From: Alphaproteobacteria bacterium
Lineage (GTDB): Bacteria; Pseudomonadota; Alphaproteobacteria; Rickettsiales; SXRF01
DNA: 52,440 bases
Assembly (NCBI GenBank): GCA_009926845.1
Contig: RFOF01000003.1
Span: forward strand, 1 to 52,440
Direction: 5' to 3'
Shown: piece after piece, positions 37,046-46,578 of the stretch
Position numbering within the stretch: position 1 is the stretch's first letter
Layout of the letters: every line of letters begins with the position of its first letter
Made by a program: the position numbers and the translations under genes
The notes under the pieces: model-generated
Databases searched by the model: none
Seen by the model: only the letters and a program-made list of their open reading frames with translations
Told to the model about the DNA's origin: nothing

Positions 37046-37073
37046 ATTATAGCGGATGGAGAAATTATTGCAA
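37046..37073 (-). promoter_or_regulatory. sigma70-like promoter of the moron gene
   Basis: TTGCAA, 16 nt, TATAAT; ATG lies 8 nt after the -10 box. Confidence 0.55.
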
Positions 37074-38120
37074 CTTTGCAAAGGCACTTTTTTCATGTTT
37101 TCGTAATTCGTCGAGTGTGTAAACCTCACCCTTGAAATCCACGAAGCGGTCAAGCGTCAGCTCACCTTCATTAAAGAGTTTTGCCTTGGTTTTTCCTAGC
37201 ACATCTTCGACCACATCTTGCGGCTGCTTTTTAAGCCAATCCTGATAAGTCAGAGTTTCTGGCACTTGACCATCCATCGATGCGCGGGTGCTTTCAGTAA
37301 GCTCCTTCGCATCAATGCCCAGCTCTTGCCATGATTTGAGAATCGGTGTTGAAGATGAGCGACAATTTGGATGGCGTGGCGGCATCGGGCCCGTACTCAA
37401 GTCGAACACCTGACCATCAAGCGAAGCGCATATCACGGTAGTGCGTCGATCAAGCGTTGCTGTAAATCGCCATGCCTTAACGACCGAGTCATTGGCACGA
37501 TAGAGTTCATCACGTGCGCGGGCGGTGATATGCGTGATGGACGTGCGTACCAGCCTTTCCACATCATCGCGCGAACGTTGCAGGATGCCATCCTTATAAT
37601 TCATGGCTTTGCTGCCGCGAATGCGACGAATAATGTCAGGCGTGGTTTCACCTTCTAATATGCCGATACGGATTGCCTGCTCAATCTGTTTGATGCGTAT
37701 GGCGTCCAAGTCTTTTACTTCCTCGGCTATAAAACGACCTTGCATTGGCTTGCTGGATACAAGGGATGAAAGTGTTTCAATCGCGGGACGTATCAGCGTG
37801 ATTTCGACAGGGAGTATTTTTTCAATGAGATTGGCGTTAAAATTCGCCTCATAATTTGCTGTATCAGCTAATTGCGTATCTAGCCGTGATTGCAGAGCTT
37901 TGTAGACTTCGGTATTGAGCTTACGAACTTCCGCTAGTATTGCCCGTAATCTCTGTTGTGAGAAATCTGTCAGATCCGCACGAGAAAGTTTTGTGATAAT
38001 ATCTGCTTCTCCATCAAGGAGAATATTAAGCATCTCTCGAACCACCTGAGTTGAATAACGTTGCAGGTAAATTTGATGCTGCACACCGGCATGAAAAAGG
38101 GCTTCATTGATGTTTTGCAT
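37065..38120 (-). CDS. Minor head protein (SPP1 gp7 / Mu gpF family)
   Basis: LVRTSITH, TATLDRRTTVICASLDG and PPRHPNCRS motifs. Confidence 0.9.
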   Translation of the reverse strand: MQNINEALFHAGVQHQIYLQRYSTQVVREMLNILLDGEADIITKLSRADLTDFSQQRLRAILAEVRKLNTEVYKALQSRLDTQLADTANYEANFNANLIEKILPVEITLIRPAIETLSSLVSSKPMQGRFIAEEVKDLDAIRIKQIEQAIRIGILEGETTPDIIRRIRGSKAMNYKDGILQRSRDDVERLVRTSITHITARARDELYRANDSVVKAWRFTATLDRRTTVICASLDGQVFDLSTGPMPPRHPNCRSSSTPILKSWQELGIDAKELTESTRASMDGQVPETLTYQDWLKKQPQDVVEDVLGKTKAKLFNEGELTLDRFVDFKGEVYTLDELRKHEKSAFAKLQ

Positions 38121-38122
38121 GA

Positions 38123-39517
38123 TTATGCTGTTGCTGATGAGTTGTTGCTTGGCGGATCAGTTCTGCCTTCGGTTTCAATGCGGTCAATTTCTTCTTCAAT
38201 ATCAAGCTCGTTACGCAAAACATTACGGCGTTTAAGTTCAGTGAGATATGATTCACGAGAAAGTTCACCAGACAGCCGTGATTTTAGAAGCGTGTCTTCG
38301 TCTTTGCCGGAAATCAGAGATAGCCCGAAATCTTCGTTGATATTGACTCCGCCCACCGCTTCAGCTGGCAATTTCGACCAGAGAGCCATGAGCATAAATG
38401 CCTGCTGCATAGCATTCTCTAGGCGGCGCACCATGTCTTGCAGTGCGGAATGGGATTTGGCGGTATCCAATGAGGCAGCGGTTGCTGTACTATCGCCTGA
38501 GCGTTGCATGAGTAACTGCCCACCCATTGCATCCATTTTTTCTTCAAGGTCGCGGATGGATTGCCGGCCACTATCAACGGCTGCACCTGTATGTTCAACA
38601 AAGGTAAGTTTTGACTGCGGGTCTTCCGACATAATCATGCGGTTAGGACCAATTTCGATGTCTTTCTGGTCTTGAGAGAAACCTGCGCCATGCAATAGCG
38701 GGAAACGAATGAAATGCAGGATATGTTCTTGGTCAGATGAGGACTGCCAGTGCAGAACGTTAAGATGTGCCAAATCCAGTAATGGCGGCTTGGCTTCCAT
38801 ATAACCAGTTTTGCCAGTGTAAAAAGTCACGAGAGGAATGCGCCCAAGCGAGATTAAGCCTTGGTCAACAATGACCCATTCTTTCTTTTGCAGCTCATAA
38901 AGCTCAAAACGGTCAGGATAAAGAACTCGGATGCGCTGGACGCATTTTTCGCCCCATTCTCCGTCAGTCTCCGTGCTGTTTTCACGAAAGCGCACCTGTG
39001 TAAGCGTGCGCACACCATTAATCAATTCTGACCGCCAACCGATTAAATCAGCGGCACGAACAGGCACAATATAAGGGCGTGTCTTTAGGCTCTGCTCATC
39101 TGCCAGTGTCTTTTCTCCGTCATTGCGTGGATGATCGACAAGCAGATGAACGAGTCCATCGGTCAAGCCATATTCAAAGATTTCACGGCAAAAAGTGGTG
39201 ACGTTACTGCCGCAAAGGTCGATGTCTTTGCTCCATTCTTTGATTTGTTCAGGGGTGTCTTCGAGCAAATTCACAGGCTTTGAAAATGGCTTCCCAACCA
39301 GCTTTTGCACCGTATCCGCAAAAGCATTGTAGAGAACCGAACGCGACAAACGATTGCGATATGCAGCCACGCTTTCTTTGGGCTCGCGCGGAAGATATTT
39401 TTGCCCAGCTTCACGCATAGCTTCCGTGCCGCCCATAAGCGTAGTGACCAGCTCAAGGTCACTCAGCATATTCAGATATGCTTTTGAAGGCGTATCAATG
39501 GTTGGTTTCTTAGCCAT
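38123..39517 (-). CDS. Portal protein (DUF4055-type)
   Basis: LMGGTEAMREAGQKYLP..E...Y..RL and PPLLDLAHLNVLHWQSSSD motifs; follows terL. Confidence 0.9.
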   Translation of the reverse strand: MAKKPTIDTPSKAYLNMLSDLELVTTLMGGTEAMREAGQKYLPREPKESVAAYRNRLSRSVLYNAFADTVQKLVGKPFSKPVNLLEDTPEQIKEWSKDIDLCGSNVTTFCREIFEYGLTDGLVHLLVDHPRNDGEKTLADEQSLKTRPYIVPVRAADLIGWRSELINGVRTLTQVRFRENSTETDGEWGEKCVQRIRVLYPDRFELYELQKKEWVIVDQGLISLGRIPLVTFYTGKTGYMEAKPPLLDLAHLNVLHWQSSSDQEHILHFIRFPLLHGAGFSQDQKDIEIGPNRMIMSEDPQSKLTFVEHTGAAVDSGRQSIRDLEEKMDAMGGQLLMQRSGDSTATAASLDTAKSHSALQDMVRRLENAMQQAFMLMALWSKLPAEAVGGVNINEDFGLSLISGKDEDTLLKSRLSGELSRESYLTELKRRNVLRNELDIEEEIDRIETEGRTDPPSNNSSATA

Positions 39518-39521
39518 GAAA

Positions 39522-40946
39522 TTATAACCTGAATTCGTTGCTGGTTTGTTTTTCGCCGCCGCCCATTATGGCGTAGCGAGTTTCGTCTGCTGCGTGGTCT
39601 TCCGAATCGGTGTCCACGTCATCAGGGTTTTTGCTGTCACGCTGCAAAACTGGCACTGTGCGTATCCAGTCAACACAGTTTTCAAAAACCCATAAGCCCG
39701 CACTTTCTGGAACATCCTTAAAGCTGGCTTCCATCATGCCGCGCATCTTCTGCCAGCCAGCAACACGGTTGTTGTCGGCTTTGGAAAACGTAATCATGCC
39801 GCCGGCTTCGCGTGCGCCTTCACGCAGCTGGTCATAGATGCTAGGTCCACCAGCTTTAATGAAGATGGATGGATCAGCTACGCAGCTGCGCCAGTTATAG
39901 CCCTGACTGCGACTGACGATGCCAGCGCCAACCTGTTTGTTATTCAGGTTTAAGCCAGTGTCAGGCTTGACATACCCTTGCGTGTCTTTTGCAACGGTGT
40001 ACCACTCACCCACTCGAATAAGCGAGCCGCGAGGGAAATGTATATTGAGATTTTCAACAAGGCTTCCGTCGCTTTCCGCCCATAAACCGAGCGAAGATGG
40101 TTTTGCCGAACCCCAATCGAAGGAACGGCGCATCCGCCAGCTTGCAGGAATTTTGAACGGTGTAAGGATTTGCTTTGCTGGACTCCAAACATCATCAAAG
40201 AAGCCGCCTGCAACGATGTCCCAAATTCCGAAACGCCATGCTTTAATCAATGCGGCAGATCCCGCCTGTAAAAGACGGCGTTCATACCCAGGGTCTTTTT
40301 CCATCAAAGCAGGATTGTCTTCGAGCTTTGCAGGAATGAATACGCGTGTTTCACCGCTGACAGGGTCGATAATCCGCGTGTAACCTGATGGCGCCGGAGT
40401 GATGTAGCGTTGTTTTACCCAGTTATGTCCTGCACCGCCGGGGTTGCCTGTCAGTCGCAATTTAACTTTTACGCCATGCGCAGAACGCAACGTAGCACGG
40501 ATGCGGTCAATGGCTGCTGGTGTCGGCCAGTTGGTCACTTCTTCAATACAAATCCAAGTGTAGCTGTGACCTTGATAGTTTTCAGCGTCTTTCTCGTCCC
40601 ATAGATGGCGCAGTTTTAAGGTTGCGCCGTTTGGGAATAACCAGAGCTGGTCACCCTTAAGCCAGATTGCGCCAACTTTAGGGAAAATTTGCTGTGCGCG
40701 GAACTGGACTTCTTCGAGTTGTTTGTAAGTGCGACGGAAGAAAACCCCACGCGCATATTGTCCGTAACGGCTTGCATGGATAGCAAAGTCACCGAGCATT
40801 CCGTCGGTTTTGCCGCCGCCGCGCGCGCCGCCATAAAAGACTTCATAAATCTCACAAGAAACCAAGGCTTCTTGCGGCCCAGGCTGAGGACGCCAGATTG
40901 TTATGTAGTTTTTTACACGCTCTTTGGTTTGAATTTTGCTTCCCAT
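39522..40946 (-). CDS. terL: Terminase large subunit
   Basis: PQPGPQ adenine-binding motif, Walker A GGARGGGKT, Walker B ICIEE, coupling TGNPGG, nuclease DWG...DPS...EDHAADETRY. Confidence 0.95.
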   Translation of the reverse strand: MGSKIQTKERVKNYITIWRPQPGPQEALVSCEIYEVFYGGARGGGKTDGMLGDFAIHASRYGQYARGVFFRRTYKQLEEVQFRAQQIFPKVGAIWLKGDQLWLFPNGATLKLRHLWDEKDAENYQGHSYTWICIEEVTNWPTPAAIDRIRATLRSAHGVKVKLRLTGNPGGAGHNWVKQRYITPAPSGYTRIIDPVSGETRVFIPAKLEDNPALMEKDPGYERRLLQAGSAALIKAWRFGIWDIVAGGFFDDVWSPAKQILTPFKIPASWRMRRSFDWGSAKPSSLGLWAESDGSLVENLNIHFPRGSLIRVGEWYTVAKDTQGYVKPDTGLNLNNKQVGAGIVSRSQGYNWRSCVADPSIFIKAGGPSIYDQLREGAREAGGMITFSKADNNRVAGWQKMRGMMEASFKDVPESAGLWVFENCVDWIRTVPVLQRDSKNPDDVDTDSEDHAADETRYAIMGGGEKQTSNEFRL

Positions 40947-41305
40947 GCGTCATCATTCTCGATTGCGGCTGGGGCTTCGATTACGAACTTGAGCGATTCG
41001 CCATTTGCACCCGAGAACTCCTGACGCTCGGTGTATCCTCGGTTTTTGCCCTTGGTTTTAAGAAAGAAAATGATGGCGGTCAGATCGCCTTCACCAATTT
41101 TCTCTGCAAGTTTGCCCTCTGCCAAGTCGATGCGTGACGCTTCGCATTCCTCGACTACCCGTTGCAGGCGCTTGTTTGCCTTGACGTAATTGGTAACCGT
41201 GCTTGGCGCGCAACGCAGCTTATTAGCAGCAAGATATTGCAAGCCCGCAGAATCGCGAAGTGCTTGCTCAATCTCAGCCTGTGTGAATTTCCGTTTCTTT
41301 GGCAT
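40913..41305 (-). CDS. terS: Terminase small subunit (putative)
   Basis: N-terminal HTH-like segment; DLAEGKL...AIIFFLKTKGKNRGYTERQE motif; overlaps the terL start. Confidence 0.75.
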   Translation of the reverse strand: MPKKRKFTQAEIEQALRDSAGLQYLAANKLRCAPSTVTNYVKANKRLQRVVEECEASRIDLAEGKLAEKIGEGDLTAIIFFLKTKGKNRGYTERQEFSGANGESLKFVIEAPAAIENDDAWEAKFKPKSV

Positions 41306-42191
41306 TGTCGGCAGTTTCCTCGGTTGCCTCTGCCGGAGCTTGTGCCTTCAGTTGCTCAAGACGTTCCATTGCCAGGTCAGCCAGCTCGCGGATGGCAACG
41401 GCATTATTGAAAACGTTTTTGAATTCTTTAACGGCAACGATGGTTTCAAAAAGCCGCGCATAATCATCATACGCAGCCAGCAGATAGGTTTTCTTTTCGT
41501 TGGGTTTGCCCAAGCGTTCCAGATACGCCATGAACGCTTCTTTTTCCTGCGGAAGGAATTGCAGCACGATTTCTTCATACTGCGGTGTGCCGATCGCAAG
41601 GCTGTCGATATTCAGCTTTTCCAGCAGATTGAATGAATCATCCGTTAAGCCAGAATAGGCTTTGTATTCCATCGTCAGCGTTTCATAGAGCTTGCCGAGG
41701 ATGTTTGGGTCATCCTGCCCAGTGATGGCATTATGCGAAAGCTGCAATGCAAGTCTGCGCTCTGGTGTCAGGTAGCACTGCACGACCATGACAGGCATGG
41801 TGACTTCGCCCGCCAGCACCGCGGCTTCGACGCGGTGATTGCCAGAAAGCACCACGAGCTTTTTGGCTTCATGGTCAGGATAGACCAGCACGGCGCTTGT
41901 TGCGCCGCCGTCTTTCTTGATGTTGCCAGAAAGCCTGCGCATCTGGTCGGCGGTCATAAACCGTGCATTGTCCTCTGCGCTCAAGGTGGAAAGCAGCGCA
42001 ACCGGTACTTCCGAAAAGCAGATGGTGATCTGCACGGCACTGTCGTCTGGGCTTGCATCCACTTCTGGCACAGGGAAAGCAATTTGCTCAGGCTCGATGA
42101 ATCGGTATTTGCGGATTTCCGTTGGAATAGAGATAACCGCAACCTCATTAGCATCAGGCTGTTCATTTGCTTTTTTGTTTTTGCTCGACAT
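41274..42191 (-). CDS. ParB/Srx N-terminal domain protein (terminase-linked)
   Basis: NARFMT...LSGNIKKDG...VLSGNHRVEAA...QLSHNAI pattern. ATG 42191 preferred; overlaps both neighbours. Confidence 0.8.
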   Translation of the reverse strand: MSSKNKKANEQPDANEVAVISIPTEIRKYRFIEPEQIAFPVPEVDASPDDSAVQITICFSEVPVALLSTLSAEDNARFMTADQMRRLSGNIKKDGGATSAVLVYPDHEAKKLVVLSGNHRVEAAVLAGEVTMPVMVVQCYLTPERRLALQLSHNAITGQDDPNILGKLYETLTMEYKAYSGLTDDSFNLLEKLNIDSLAIGTPQYEEIVLQFLPQEKEAFMAYLERLGKPNEKKTYLLAAYDDYARLFETIVAVKEFKNVFNNAVAIRELADLAMERLEQLKAQAPAEATEETADNAKETEIHTG

Positions 42192-43515
42192 ATTTTTTCC
42201 CATAGTTAGGCCAGTACCACGCGGAGTACATTTCTTGCGGAGTTTCGTCGCGCATGGCAGAGCCGTAGTTAATGATGTTCCCTTCCGCAGGGTCGTCAGC
42301 TTCACGTCGGTTCAGCATTTCGTAAATGCCCCGATATTTCATAGAAACGGGGTTATGCGTCCGTGCGGTGGTCACCACAAAATCAACTCGGCTGATGAGC
42401 TTTTTGCTGACCAGCGAAAGCAGTGTTTTGGACGTGGCGAGCTTGGCAATGAGTTTGGAAAGTTTTGCATCGCGGCTGATTGTCACATCCGACAGCAGGT
42501 AAATCGTGTTGTGTCCGAAAGTTGGAAATTTCGGCAGGGAATAAATGATGCCGCCGACGAGCATCTTATCAATGAAGATTAGAAAGTTAGCCACGCCGCT
42601 TGTGTGGATGATGGTTTTTTGCAGGTAGATGTCTTTGATGAAATCCATGTGGCGGCTCTCAGCAAGAACAACCTGCACCTCACTTTTGGCAGTCAGCTTG
42701 GCTGGGGTTATGGGGTCATAGGCAAATGGCTCTGGTGCTTTGTAGATATGGCGCACGCTGGATTTATCGGTGCGAGCGTAGCAGTAATGCGGCACTTTGC
42801 GCCCAGTCACATATTCCAGCACTGGCTTGCGATGTTCAAAGAGCTGATCGGATAGGATGCAGTAATTTACGCCGGAAGCGTCAACCTCATCAATAATCTT
42901 GCCCAGCATTTTCGGCTCGTAGAGGTCATAGTCCGGCGCAGGCCAATGGATGTTGTTGTCGATAAATTTGAACTGGCTTTCGTAATCGCCCTTGAAGAAA
43001 GGCGGGAATGCCAAGATGCCCGCGCCTTCTTCGATAGCGTGTTTGACGTGCGTACGCCAATCGCCAGCGAAGTAACCTTGCAACGGCATTTCAGGAATGG
43101 TGCGGTCAAGGCGGTCTTTAGCCTTGTTGAAAAAATACTCAAAGTTTTCGACGTAGTAATCGAAGTGTTTGCGGTTATATTCATTTTTGCGCCCGCTGTA
43201 CCGCGCCATATCACAGGCAACCAGCAATGCCGCTGTTTTTTCAAAGAAGCTGTTTACGTCTGGTCGCTCCTGAATAAATGACAGGTCACCTTCAAACATG
43301 ATGTTGAATTCTTTGTTGCAGGCCAGATAGCCAACTGCCGAAGAATACAGGCTCACGTCATTGCTGATGACTTGCAGATGCGGAAATTTTGTTTTCAGCG
43401 CGCGCTCGATGCGGAAGCTGCCGGAGCAGCACACATAGGCTTTTTGCCATGTGCTGAAATCAATGATGCGGAACACCTGCTCGATGCACTCTGTAGGGAC
43501 GGCTCCGTAGAACAT
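42163..43515 (-). CDS. Putative DNA-modification enzyme: N-terminal adenine-MTase-like fold plus C-terminal GNAT-like domain
   Basis: Degenerate SAM motif (YVCCSGSF, ISNDVS) and motif-IV-like FPPF in the N-half. The C-half (YLLSD...KLSKLIA...VVTTA...PVSMKYRG) resembles phage GNAT-like antirestriction domains, judged from memory. Confidence 0.6.
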   Translation of the reverse strand: MFYGAVPTECIEQVFRIIDFSTWQKAYVCCSGSFRIERALKTKFPHLQVISNDVSLYSSAVGYLACNKEFNIMFEGDLSFIQERPDVNSFFEKTAALLVACDMARYSGRKNEYNRKHFDYYVENFEYFFNKAKDRLDRTIPEMPLQGYFAGDWRTHVKHAIEEGAGILAFPPFFKGDYESQFKFIDNNIHWPAPDYDLYEPKMLGKIIDEVDASGVNYCILSDQLFEHRKPVLEYVTGRKVPHYCYARTDKSSVRHIYKAPEPFAYDPITPAKLTAKSEVQVVLAESRHMDFIKDIYLQKTIIHTSGVANFLIFIDKMLVGGIIYSLPKFPTFGHNTIYLLSDVTISRDAKLSKLIAKLATSKTLLSLVSKKLISRVDFVVTTARTHNPVSMKYRGIYEMLNRREADDPAEGNIINYGSAMRDETPQEMYSAWYWPNYGKKYVEQKQKSK

Positions 43516-43561
43516 GGCAACCTTGCAACCTTATGTTATCGTTGTAAATTATTTTTGTTTG

Positions 43562-43650
43562 CAGGTCGAATTTTGTGGACGGTCAAGGTTACTAGGATAG
43601 GATTTTTATTGGCACTATTGCCAACTACCACAACCAAAACCAAGGAGAAC
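43562..43650 (+). promoter_or_regulatory. Early-type promoter/leader, copy A
   Basis: TGGACG-16-TAGGAT, hairpin TTGGC-ACTATT-GCCAA, ACTACCACAACC (43624-43635), AAGGAG RBS. Confidence 0.7.
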
Positions 43651-43653
43651 AAA

Positions 43654-45525
43654 ATGCAAACAATTCAGTTAAGTAACCTTAGTGTTTCCAAGCACTTCAA
43701 CGTCAGGAAAACTGACACGAAGAAGGGTTTGGATGAACTCACTTCCAGCATCGCCGCGCATGGCTTGCTGGAAAATCTCATCGTCATCAAAACGAAAGAG
43801 AAAAATAAATTTGAAGTCGTTGCAGGTGGTCGCCGCTTAACTGCGCTGCACTTATTGCAGAAGCAAGGAAAGCTGCCGAAAACCCATGCAGTAAACTGCC
43901 AAATTGTCGAAGAAGATAAGGCTGAGGAAATCAGCCTTGCCGAAAACGTTGTGCGCTCACATATGCACCCAGCCGATCAGTTTGAAGCATGGGCGAAGTT
44001 GTCGAAAGAAATGTCCATTACCGATATTGCCGCTCGGTTCGGTGTCGCAGAAATCACCGTAGAGCAGCGCTTAAAACTTGGCCGTGTATCGCCTAAACTG
44101 ATGAAAGCCTATCGTGATGAAGAGTTGTCACTGGAAAGTCTGATGGCGTTCACCATTACGGATGACCATGCCAAGCAAGAAGATGTGTTCAAGCAATTCA
44201 AAGACAGCTGGCAAATCAGACAGCCAAACACAATCCGCAGCGCACTCACGGAAACGATGGTGCGCGGTGATGACAAGCTGGCAAAATTTGTTGGGCTCGA
44301 CACCTATAAATTGGCAGGCGGTGCATTCCGCACTGATTTATTTGGTGAGCGCGATTCTTTCTATCTCGAAGATCTGTCACTGCTTCATGAGCTGGCAGAA
44401 GAAAAGCTCAATAAGGTTGCAGCTCCGTTGAAAGAAAAGTGGAAATGGGTTGAAATCTGCCTCGAATTTGGTTGGGAGGATAAACAGCAGTATGGTCGCT
44501 TTCATCCACACCAGATTGGCGAGATTCCAAAGAAGTTGCTGAAACAACAAGAAGTGCTGGAAAGCAAAATGGAAGAAATGGATGCAGCCGAGGATTATGA
44601 CGACGATGCAGCTGACGCACTTCGTAAGGAGCAAGAAGAGCTGGAAGCGAAATTGGCAGAATATTCTGGCTTTACCGAAGAAGAGCGTGCTTCGTCGGGC
44701 TGTGTCATCACCATTCAGCATAATGGCACGGTAGAAATCTTGGAGGGCATGATTCATCCCGATGATAAAAAAGCTGCTGCCAAGTCTGCCAACAGCACCG
44801 AAGGTGCAAACGTCAGCAATACTGCCAAGCATACGATGCCCTATAGCCAGGCACTGGTTGACCGCTTGAAAAACTACCGCCTGCAGGTCGAGCGTCCGTA
44901 TATGGCGCAGAACTTTGAGGTGGCGTTTGATGCAACGGTTTACATGATGTGCCTGCGCAGCCTGAATTCCGCTCATAGCTACTACTACGGCAAGGATTGG
45001 CTGCGGGTGAAGCCAGAAAACTATCACTTCCCTCATCTCATGGTGTCTGAGGATGAAACAGGCACGGCATTGCACAGTGAAGAAGAAAAACTCTTTGCCA
45101 GCTTGCCGCTTGCATGGATGAACATCAAGGACGAAGGCGAGAAATTCAAAGCCTTCTGCGAGTTGTCCTTGGAAGTGAAACAACGGCTATTCGCCGCTTG
45201 TGTTTCCCGCTCGCTCATGCCGCAGCTGTCCATCGAGGATAAGCCTTCGCCAGTTGCCGAAGCGGTGTTCAAACGCTTGGATATTGATGTGGCGAAGCAT
45301 TGGCGGCCGAGCCAAACCAACTTCTTTGACCGCGTGACGAAGAAAGATGTGCTGGAAATTGGCGAACACATCTTTGGTGAAGTATGGGCAAAGGAACAAG
45401 GCAAAAAGCCGAAAGGTGATGTGGTTGCGGTGCTGCATGGCGCATTTGCCAATCCTGACCAGCCGCAGTTTACGCCGGAGCAACAAGCCAAGCTGAAAAC
45501 GTGGCTGCCGAAAGGCATGGCGTAA
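43654..45525 (+). CDS. Large ParB/RepB/Spo0J-family protein of the plasmid type
   Basis: ATG 43654 with AAGGAG RBS; NVRKT, GLLENL, VVAGGRRLTAL, SLAENVVR.MHPADQFEA, HTH IAARFGV, C-terminal WRP...FF.RV and WLP.GM. Confidence 0.88.
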   Translation: MQTIQLSNLSVSKHFNVRKTDTKKGLDELTSSIAAHGLLENLIVIKTKEKNKFEVVAGGRRLTALHLLQKQGKLPKTHAVNCQIVEEDKAEEISLAENVVRSHMHPADQFEAWAKLSKEMSITDIAARFGVAEITVEQRLKLGRVSPKLMKAYRDEELSLESLMAFTITDDHAKQEDVFKQFKDSWQIRQPNTIRSALTETMVRGDDKLAKFVGLDTYKLAGGAFRTDLFGERDSFYLEDLSLLHELAEEKLNKVAAPLKEKWKWVEICLEFGWEDKQQYGRFHPHQIGEIPKKLLKQQEVLESKMEEMDAAEDYDDDAADALRKEQEELEAKLAEYSGFTEEERASSGCVITIQHNGTVEILEGMIHPDDKKAAAKSANSTEGANVSNTAKHTMPYSQALVDRLKNYRLQVERPYMAQNFEVAFDATVYMMCLRSLNSAHSYYYGKDWLRVKPENYHFPHLMVSEDETGTALHSEEEKLFASLPLAWMNIKDEGEKFKAFCELSLEVKQRLFAACVSRSLMPQLSIEDKPSPVAEAVFKRLDIDVAKHWRPSQTNFFDRVTKKDVLEIGEHIFGEVWAKEQGKKPKGDVVAVLHGAFANPDQPQFTPEQQAKLKTWLPKGMA

Positions 45526-45533
45526 TCATTAAA

Positions 45534-45561
45534 TGACGGAGGGTTTTAACACCCTCCGTCA
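45534..45561 (+). terminator. Stem-loop after the large parB gene
   Basis: TGACGGAGGG-N8-CCCTCCGTCA with no U-tract. Confidence 0.45.
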
Positions 45562-45669
45562 CCGGCGCCAGAGTACCACCCCAAAGCGCACTACCACAAC
45601 CTCCCATAAGGAGGCCGTGGACGCATTATGACTTGATTTTTTAGAAGCGCAATAACCAGCGGAGTTTTT

Positions 45670-46461
45670 ATGAGTAAACCCATTGCCGACAGCGGCAAAG
45701 CCTTTCGCACGTCCTTTGACAGATTATGTTATCGCCGTAATTGGCATGACGCATTTCGTGATTTTATTGAAATTGCTGCCTGCACAATCCACCAGCAACC
45801 CTATCATTTGGGCTTGCTGGAGAAAGACGAAGATTATGAGCGTATCGAAGAGCTCTATCTTTCGACCATTAAGAAATATAACTGAGAGGAAATTGACCAG
45901 ATTGTTGCCCTTTACGGCATCTCGGTGATTGCGCTGCGCAGTACGCAGGAAGATTTCCTTGGCGAGCAGTATATGCAGCTGGAAATAAGCAATAAACACA
46001 ATGGCGAGTTTTTCTCGCCCAGCAATATCAGCCGCATGATGGCGAAAATTCAAATGAGCGGCATAGGAGAGCTGATTAAGGCGAAAGGCTATGTGACCCT
46101 CCAAGAACCCGCTTGCGGTGCTGGCGTGATGGTTATTGAGGCGGCAAACGCCCTGCGTGATGAAGGACATGATCCGCGCTGCACGATGCTGTTTCAGGCA
46201 ATAGACATAAACCGCACCTGTTTCAACATGGCGTATTTTCAGTTAGCTGCGCTGGAATTGCCAGGCGTTGTCATTCATGGCGATACGCTGCGCATGGAGC
46301 ATTGGGATAAACGCTCAACACCGCAATGGAAGCTCATGCAGCAACATGGTGTATCAGGCAACTTACTGCCTGCATTTGAACTGCCGCCACGACCAGAGCC
46401 AGAGCCGCAAATTGCTATGCCGCCACCGCAACAAACCGCCCAGTTTATGTTTGAATTTTAA
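45670..46461 (+). pseudogene. N-6 DNA methylase-like gene interrupted by an in-frame TGA (45883-45885)
   Basis: ORFs 45670..45885 and 45925..46461 share a frame and join as KKYN*EEIDQIVALYGISVIALRS. Motifs DFLG..YM, GEFFSP and EPACGAG.M are present. Confidence 0.8.
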
Positions 46462-46506
46462 GGGCAAATAATATGCTGAAAAACCGTGATTTTCTGCCGA
46501 TTTTTG

Positions 46507-46552
46507 TGGACGGTCACTATCTTAAAGTTAGAATGTTTTTACTACCACAACC
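46507..46552 (+). promoter_or_regulatory. Early-type promoter/leader, copy C
   Basis: TGGACG-16-TAGAAT, then ACTACCACAACC at 46541-46552. Confidence 0.7.
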
Positions 46553-46578
46553 ACCAACCAAACCAAAGGAGAGCAACG

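Noticed and set aside
16355-40946. A bona fide gene transfer agent cluster
   Set aside because: The tape measure is far longer than in RcGTA, the head module is of a different type, and phage accessory genes are present.
43372-43653. N-terminal extensions given by the ORF track (also at 35847, 42305, 46486, 46939, 49629, 7975, 9271)
   Set aside because: They run through promoters, terminators or neighbouring genes; downstream ATGs with better RBS or gene-packing context fit better.
45883-45885. TGA recoding (alternative genetic code, selenocysteine, or suppression by the tRNA-like RNA)
   Set aside because: TGA is a normal stop for other genes here (for example 4711, 7978, 50735), and the RNA's anticodon is GCC, not TCA.
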